A DNA stretch of 64,000 bases from Cladosporium halotolerans (lineage: Eukaryota), in contig NW_027191453.1 in the NCBI RefSeq assembly GCF_011745625.1, positions 930,001 through 994,000 on the forward strand, written 5' to 3'. Of this stretch, positions 57,446 to 64,000 are shown one piece after another. The notes beneath the pieces were generated by a model. The model ran no database searches and was not told the origin of the DNA. It saw only the letters and a list, made by a program, of their open reading frames with translations. Position numbers and translations under genes: made by a program. The first letter of the stretch is position 1, and every line of letters starts with the position of its first letter.

Positions 57446-58330
57446 TACCTTGCTTTAGACGAGATCGGCGGCAACCAATTATTCTCAGTGGACCAAACGG
57501 CAATCGAAGAATTTCCGCAGGAGACCGACTTGTTTAATGAAAGCACACAGCCAGTCGAAAAATACTCCGCATTGCAGTTGGGAGGAGGGGGAAAAGAGTA
57601 TGACTGGGTATAATTCGTTTGAGTGTGGTTTCGGCGACTTCTTCGTCTATGCCTCGTGCTACTGGCTCGAGCATTACGGAAAAATCGAAAATGTGTCTTT
57701 TGTCAATCTGGCAGGCGTAGAGAACATCTGCGCAGCAAAGTCATCCAGAATGCATAACTGGGGTGAGCAATATCGACGCCCTGGGCGCGCCATCGTGCCC
57801 AGATTCGAACTTGAGAGTGCCTTGTACGATCCGATCAGCATAACGTCGCTATACATATCTCCATCTATGCTGCTCCATGTTCTCCAGACCGCAGACCTTC
57901 GAGGCACGAAGTAAAACCCAAACACGATCGTCCTGGCTGCTGATCAAAGAAAGCGGTGGGGAGATCCCGGTCGCTTCCGAATATTTCAGAATTGCCTGCT
58001 TGGAAGTCATCTGTACGCTTCTGGCCGATTCAGTTTCCCATGAGTCCTGGAAGAGCGCACCAAGCCACTTGATCTGACTTTGACCAAGAAGATGCAAGTA
58101 CACATTCTGACATGAGATTCCCGGTGCCCAGGGCGGATGAGAGTAATGTGACGAGCTTGATCTTCAGCGGACAAGAGAGTGTCCCCAAGAGATGCATAGG
58201 GACTATCTGCACAATTGTTAGCGGATGTTTCTACGTGCAGTGTACTTCGAATACATGCGTCTCCGCTAGTATTAAACTCAAAGTCCGTCTTTACAGTAGC
58301 TTGACTGTTGTCCGTGCACTGACGCCTTAT
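57446..58330 (+). pseudogene. Decayed fragment, probably of a NACHT/ankyrin (fungal NLR-like) gene
   Basis: No start codon. YLALDEIG...FPQETDLFN is followed by a frameshift near 57558, then CSWEEGE...GFGDFFVYASCYWLEHY...YDPISITSLY, then stops and shifts. The F..YA..W..H block resembles the post-NACHT region. The family call is from memory only and the end is approximate. Confidence 0.5.
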
Positions 58331-58965
58331 AGCTCCTACCAAACCTTATACATGATGATCTTCCCTCTCTTTCCGTTGACCCTACCCATCTATAGAAAAT
58401 CAAGGACCGCGAGACTAAAGCTCTCTACGCACCTACTAAAGGGTCATGGGAGTGCCGAGCATCTGCCAAGAAACAGTGCCTCCCCCGCTGAAGCTGAAGT
58501 CCTGCTGCTGTTTGCAATGACCCCTTGGACCAAGGGACGCACAACGAGCTTCCCTTGCTGCGAGCGACCAGATCCTCCAGCCTTCTTGCAGGCACAATGA
58601 GACACACGAAGCTTCCTTCATCTTGCATCGACGAACTCCTTTCACTGAACCTGCAGTAAGCGAACAGGCATCACGTAAGGACGTATGTTGTTGACCTCGA
58701 AGTCCAGGTCACATCTTCCGACGCCCTTCGGCTCAGCAGTCCTAAACGCCGTCTTCTTTACTTTCGAACGCACCCGTACCTCGTCGTAATCATTTTACCG
58801 GATGGTACACGACACTAGAGGACTGAACAACGTGGATCTGAATAGTAGCGCTGGTCGCAGTGGCGTTTGGGGGGTCTGTGTTTCCCAACGAGATAATCGG
58901 CAATACCAACCCCTCAGTACCGATACAGTGCGTTCAAGAGAAGCGGGAAGAAGTGGCGAGAGAAC

Positions 58966-59682
58966 ATGTGGAAACGATTGCATTCTTCTAGCAGCACTAG
59001 TACGCGAGCAGGCTCCGCACCTCGTTCCACTCCAGACACGGGACAAAGCAACATTCTTCGACTGCCTAGAGAGGTTCGTGATAATATATATCGAATGGTT
59101 TTCTACGTTGCACATCCGCTCTACCTGTTCCAGGACACCGACTCACAAATCGAGGTCTTCGGGCCCGAAAGGCCTCCTCAGTGGCTCGCATTGCTTCATG
59201 TAAATCGACAAATCCACGCCGAAGCCGCTGAATCACTTTTTGGCACTGTTCATTTCGTCCTACTGGATGAGAAAAGGGCTCAAGGCTGCCTTCTCCAAGC
59301 TTTCTTGACTCGCATTGGCCCGGCAAACTCAGCTTCGCTCTCGCATCTCAGCATGGACTTTCCCAACCTCGAAGGAACCATGGAAGAGTTGAAAATGAGG
59401 GACGACAGTCTTCAGAGATTTCAAGCTTTGCAGGAGTCTTGCACTAACCTGACAACTTTGGAGTGATCTTTCAGCGCCAGACATTCACGGCACTTGAATC
59501 GACTGGCTGGAGAGAGTCTGCCGCTTATCAAAGAGGCATTGTCGCAAATAAATTCGCAGCTGCAAGTTGTCCCCTCGCTGCAGGAAATCGTCGTCAGAGT
59601 CACTGCACCAAACCCGGCTGTCTCGATCATGGACTGCATGCGATCACTGGGATGGAACGTAGTACCTGTATGCGGAGCTTAG
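58966..59682 (+). pseudogene. F-box-like (LxLPxExRxxIY) hypothetical protein interrupted by an in-frame TGA
   Basis: Contains the NILRLPREVRDNIYRMV motif. TGA at 59464-59466 is followed by 71 more sense codons in the same frame (…EALSQINSQLQVVPSLQEIVVRV…MRSLGWNVV), ending at TAG 59682. Confidence 0.65.
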
Positions 59683-60484
59683 TGAGAGTTGGACCACCCA
59701 CTCCGACTTTGTTACAAAACGGCGTGGACTAAGAGCCCACTTGCTTTGACAGAGGGCACGCATCGCGATTTTCTTTGGCATTTCCATACTTCTACTGTGA
59801 TGTGAAGTTGGCCGCGAGGATACTTAACCCAAAAGGGCCCGAACATTGCACCCTTTGTCGTCAGATTCTTATTACACAACCATCGCTCGTTCCTCCATAT
59901 TGTATGATCTTGCCCGTATGATATCTGCTAGACTGACGGCCTGCACTCTGGCTCTGCAAGCGCAATCTTCAATAGCGCTTGAAAGCCTGATCGGAAATTG
60001 AGAAGTGACCGCAATGAAGATCCCAAATTCCGAGACGGGTCTTAGCTAGAAAATTATCTAGTAATATCAGGGTATTTGGCTACCTACGTAATTCACGACA
60101 GGCGAGATGTATACTGCTAAACCTTGGTCTTACCCCAGTTTGAGGGGAAAGCCGAAGTGGAGTTTAAACCACCAAGCGAGAGCGGGAGATGTGGGCCGTA
60201 GTAGTAGTGCCTCTCGATCCTTCTGACTCTCACCGTGCACAGGCGCGTGGACCTTCTTCGTGGCTTCACATTGACGCCACAGCATCTATCAGTCGCTGGT
60301 TCACCCCAGTTTGGGGTAATCCGACATGGATCCGCAGATAAGTTCTACATGCCGACAAGCGAGGATTGGAGATATTAGCCGGATGAACGCTGATAGGCAG
60401 CTCTATAAAGAGACATAATGTTGCCGTTTTCGACCATCCTCATCGCCTTCTTCATCACCTTCTTCAAGACCATTGATCAACAAC

Positions 60485-62196
60485 ATGTCTCAATTCGACG
60501 CTGCCCCTCCAAACACTCACGCTGGCGGCAAAGATGACGCTCTGCGCACGAAAGGCAATGATGGTATGGCTGCACCCGCCGACATCGACGTCGCCGTTGG
60601 ATACACCGATGAGCGGATTAACATGGAGGAATATGAGCGAACGGTCCCGCTGTGGAAGCGCATATGGCAGCATAGCCTAACACAAATGATGCTGCTCAGC
60701 GTGCAAGCCTTTTGTGGCCCTGCTATGGCAGATGCAATCGCTGGTACGTGTTCCCAACCCACAAATGCCGAATGAAATCATTTGCTGATGCTGCTCCAGG
60801 TCTTGGTGGAGGAGGCCTTGCGACTCCCCAAACGTCCAACATTGCAACCGCAATCAACTACACCATGTTGGCAGTCTGTTGTGCCCTGGGCGGACCGATT
60901 GTGAATAAGCTAGGCACGAAGTGGTCGTTAGTCATCGGTGCCTGCTCTTTCCCCATCCGGGGTTCATCCTACTATTGCAACAGCAAATTTGGTAACCAAT
61001 GGTATCTGATACTTGGTGGTTTCTTCACTGGTATCGGAACGGGAACATGGTACGTCGCCGAGAGTGGGACAATCATGTCACTTGCGTCCACCAACTCTCG
61101 CGGCAAGTACCTGGCTCTCTGGATCGTCGCCCGCAACCTCGGACAGCTTGTAGGAGGTGCCATCAAGTAAGTGCGACCGATGTTGCGAATGCTCATCAAT
61201 TAGCGTTAACACAGCACAGCCTTTCAAAGAATCACGTCAAAGGTGTGACTGGCGGAGTTACCCCCGATACATACATTGCTTTCTTGATCATTGAATGCAT
61301 GGCGCTACCATTCGCACTCCTCATTTCACCTCTCGGGCGTGTAGTCAGGTCCGACGGTACCAAGATTCTTGTGTCTGAGAAGTTGTCTACGAAGGCGGAG
61401 TTCAAGATGATCAAAGTTACCATGACGTCGAAACTCATCCTGCTGTCCGCTTTCTGGGCCATCTGGTCTTTCTTCTACAGGTATGCAGGAACATGAGCAT
61501 TGATTCTCCTAGGTCATGTTGCTGACGTTGTTGATAGTGGTACATGGTCGACCTACCTGGCAACCTACTTCAGCGTCCGAGCTCGTGCGCTATCATCGCT
61601 TATCTCGCCCTTCTTCTGCATCATCGGTTGCTTCGGACTAGGCTTCGTTCTTGATATGAAGAGCTTGGGACAGCGGCGTAGAGCCCAAGTTGGTCTAATC
61701 ATGGTCGTCTTACTCAACCTCGGAGTCTATATCTGGTCTATCGTCATCCAGGCCGGATTCAATAGCCATGACCCCGGCAAGATCGACTGGGACGACGGGC
61801 TCTACCCACGCTCGTTTCTGCCTTACTTCTTCGTACAAACGACGGGCCCACTGTCTCAGTCATACATGTACTGGCTGCTGTCTTCATTCGCGACTGATGC
61901 ACAAGGTAAGCGACTTCACAGTGAATTGACCCGACTGAAGCTAATCCGGCGCAGCAAACGTTCGTAACGGTGCGGCATTCCGTTGCCTTGAAGCTATAGG
62001 TCAGGCGATCTCGTATGGCATGAACACACAGATCAAGACAAGTCCGCTCATCGGGTTCTGCGTTACTTTCGGCTTGATGGCTCTTGCCTTTGGGCCCATG
62101 TTGGTGTTGGTCAACTCGACGCCGGAGCGCATTCCGGCCGACGTGGCAGCGGAGGAGATTGAGCACGCCGAGAGCAAAGGCGTTGGTTTGAATTGA
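60485..62196 (+). CDS. MFS transporter, UNC-93-like, 5 exons
   Basis: Motifs QAFCGPAMADAIAGLGGGG, GPIVNKLGTKW and RGKYLALWIVARNLGQLVGGAIN, with many TM helices. Introns 60744-60799, 61167-61219, 61481-61537 and 61906-61954; TGA 62194-62196. Confidence 0.9.
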
Positions 62197-62290
62197 CCTA
62201 TGGTCGTATGCATCAGTGATAAGATTCTCGAGACGAGTCTGCCAATATTGGCCCTTCAAAACTCTCCAAACTCAGAACGCTCTAGCACCC

Positions 62291-63007
62291 ATGCTCAAAG
62301 CCCTTGTCGCCTCCGCCGAGTCTGCACTTGAGACGATCATCGTCTCTGTAGCTGTGTCTGCCTATGATATAGACTCCATCAACTACGAATTGGCCAAAGG
62401 CAACGTCCATTCGGCATTGAGCGAGTTGGGCATTGATGGCTATAACCGTCTCGATCATGTTGTGCGTCAGCTTGCCCCAGCACTCAGGATTCGAGGGGAT
62501 TGTTCCGGGCCATACACACTTCCAGAGGATCCACTTTACTACCACAACCAAGGACAACTTCTCTTCACTATCGTGTACACACAGGAATCGATGACGGCGG
62601 GCCTATGGAAAGAGGAGTGCGGTGTAATGGAAATGACCAACCGTTGGAATTCCGCCCAGCTCGGCCACAACGCCATGCAGACTTGCAGGAAGACCGCAGA
62701 GGATAAGACAATTTGCGAAGAGTATTTCAAGACCGCACTTCGCAGCGCGATCAGGGACTCGAGCCGTGATAGGCACGAAGAGATTGGCCCAGTGTTGATA
62801 TACGGAGAGTGCGCTGGTGACAACGACATGCTCGCCACGCTACGGCAAGTTCAAACAGAGCAGTTTCCGAATGGCCATGCAGGCGACTTGTCTCGCGTGC
62901 GAAATGTCTCGCCCGATCCGGCATTTGCGGGCTCTCGATCAATGGCTAGGACTATGTGGGAGGCACATGGCTCCGAGTACGAGCGTCATTGTGTGATGGA
63001 GCTCTGA
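62291..63007 (+). CDS. Hypothetical protein, possibly 5'-truncated
   Basis: ORF open from 62216 with the first ATG at 62291, only ~95 nt after the MFS stop. Globular composition (VLIYGECAGD, DPAFAGSR). Confidence 0.5.
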   Translation: MLKALVASAESALETIIVSVAVSAYDIDSINYELAKGNVHSALSELGIDGYNRLDHVVRQLAPALRIRGDCSGPYTLPEDPLYYHNQGQLLFTIVYTQESMTAGLWKEECGVMEMTNRWNSAQLGHNAMQTCRKTAEDKTICEEYFKTALRSAIRDSSRDRHEEIGPVLIYGECAGDNDMLATLRQVQTEQFPNGHAGDLSRVRNVSPDPAFAGSRSMARTMWEAHGSEYERHCVMEL

Positions 63008-63249
63008 TCTACAACAAGTGAGGGGAGAATCCGACATGCCTGCGCCAATCGTGCGCTCCTGCCATCTTCGCCACATGTCCGAGATGCCGTCATGAGAAAC
63101 AGACTCATGTATTTAAGCAATCCTGTGAACCCAGATGAAGCTCAGCTTTCAATTCAAACCCAGTGTATCTGTAGTAGGGTATATCAGAAACGCCAGTGGT
63201 CCCAAAATACCAAAATCAACGCCAGAATCCCGAGCGCAGTCATGACAAT

Positions 63250-64000
63250 TCAACCTTGCCGCTCGTTTTCTCCTCCGCCATCACCCTTATGCATAATCCC
63301 CTCCGCCCAGTTCTTCGCATCGCCAAACTTGGCAGCAAACCACGCCCACCAACCATTGTGGTGGTTGAGATTCTCATCCTCATCCTCACCCTCACCCTCA
63401 CGTCCACCATCCTGCACCTCCGGCCTTTCATCAGCCCCTTGACCAGGCCTAACAGAAACCAACGAGCCCCTCGAATCCGTCGTCCACGTCCCCTTGCCCT
63501 CCGCCTCCCCGCTCGTCGCCGTCCCATCCCCAGGCGAAACAGTAACCAACGAGCCCCTCGAATCGGTCGTCCAGCTAACCTTGTCCTCCGAACCAGTCGC
63601 AACCTCCACCCCCGGCAGACTCGAGAACTGCGGCACAGGCGCAATAACCGGCACCTTCGCCCCGCTCGGCAGCGGGTCCTCCGGCACCTCGCCCGGGCCC
63701 GCAACAGCGTGCACGCCCACCGGAGTCAGCGGCAGCCTGAGCGTGCCATTGTTCGGCGCAGCGCCCAAGCCCAGACTGTCGCAGACGAGCCCGTAGACCT
63801 CCGTGTTCTGGAAGACGTCCACTTCACTGCCGGGCGCGTGCGGGAAGGCCGGGCCGCGCGCGACGAAGATCGCGCGCATGAGCGGGTGCTCGTGGTCGTA
63901 GCCGTGCAAGCCCGCGGGGGCGTAGGGGCCGCTGGCGGTGCGGACGTCGAAGTCGTCGCGCGTGACGATCGCCCAGCCCGTCGTGGGGATGAGCCAGAGG
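63250..64000 (-). CDS. Nucleotide pyrophosphatase/phosphodiesterase (alkaline-phosphatase superfamily), C-terminal part
   Basis: LWLIPTTGWAI...GLHGYDHEHPLMRAIFVARGPAF...FQNTEVYGLVCDSLGL..PNNGT. The gene continues beyond the window edge. Confidence 0.88.
   Translation of the reverse strand, partial: LWLIPTTGWAIVTRDDFDVRTASGPYAPAGLHGYDHEHPLMRAIFVARGPAFPHAPGSEVDVFQNTEVYGLVCDSLGLGAAPNNGTLRLPLTPVGVHAVAGPGEVPEDPLPSGAKVPVIAPVPQFSSLPGVEVATGSEDKVSWTTDSRGSLVTVSPGDGTATSGEAEGKGTWTTDSRGSLVSVRPGQGADERPEVQDGGREGEGEDEDENLNHHNGWWAWFAAKFGDAKNWAEGIMHKGDGGGENERQG

Noticed and set aside
1..64000. tRNA, rRNA, CRISPR arrays, intact mobile elements
   Set aside because: GTTCGA-like hits lack cloverleaf context. No repeat-spacer arrays, LTRs, TIRs or transposase/RT ORFs were recognised.

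Overview
Gene-dense eukaryotic (filamentous ascomycete, probably Dothideomycete) chromosomal DNA. The evidence is short GT-AG introns with CTRAC/CTAAY branch sites and typical Pezizomycotina housekeeping genes. About 30 protein-coding loci could be built by hand. Core genes: SSK1 response regulator, HRQ1 helicase, ERG28 head-to-head with the VLCFA 3-ketoacyl-CoA reductase, NOT2, a CUE-domain protein, GLO3-type ArfGAP and an ISWI ATPase. Metabolic, transport and cell-surface genes: a partial GST, a membrane-anchored pepsin-fold protein, a large GPI wall protein, a serine hydrolase, a beta-hydroxyacid dehydrogenase, a Zn-ADH, HIU hydrolase, two aquaporins, an UNC-93-like MFS and a partial NPP. 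Several loci are decayed: a frameshifted aquaporin, a secreted-protein pseudogene, a probable NACHT/ankyrin-type relic and a nonsense-interrupted ORF. The most intriguing feature is a divergent TrpRS sharing a 423-bp head-to-head promoter with a stand-alone carrier-like/thioesterase protein. Other leads are five tandem PacC-type sites upstream of a probable pseudo-protease, a long structured NOT2 intron, an orphan multi-zinc-knuckle protein and a PTS2-bearing upstream start in HIUase. No tRNA, rRNA, CRISPR array or intact transposon was recognised. All family calls come from motif recognition by eye; no searches were run.
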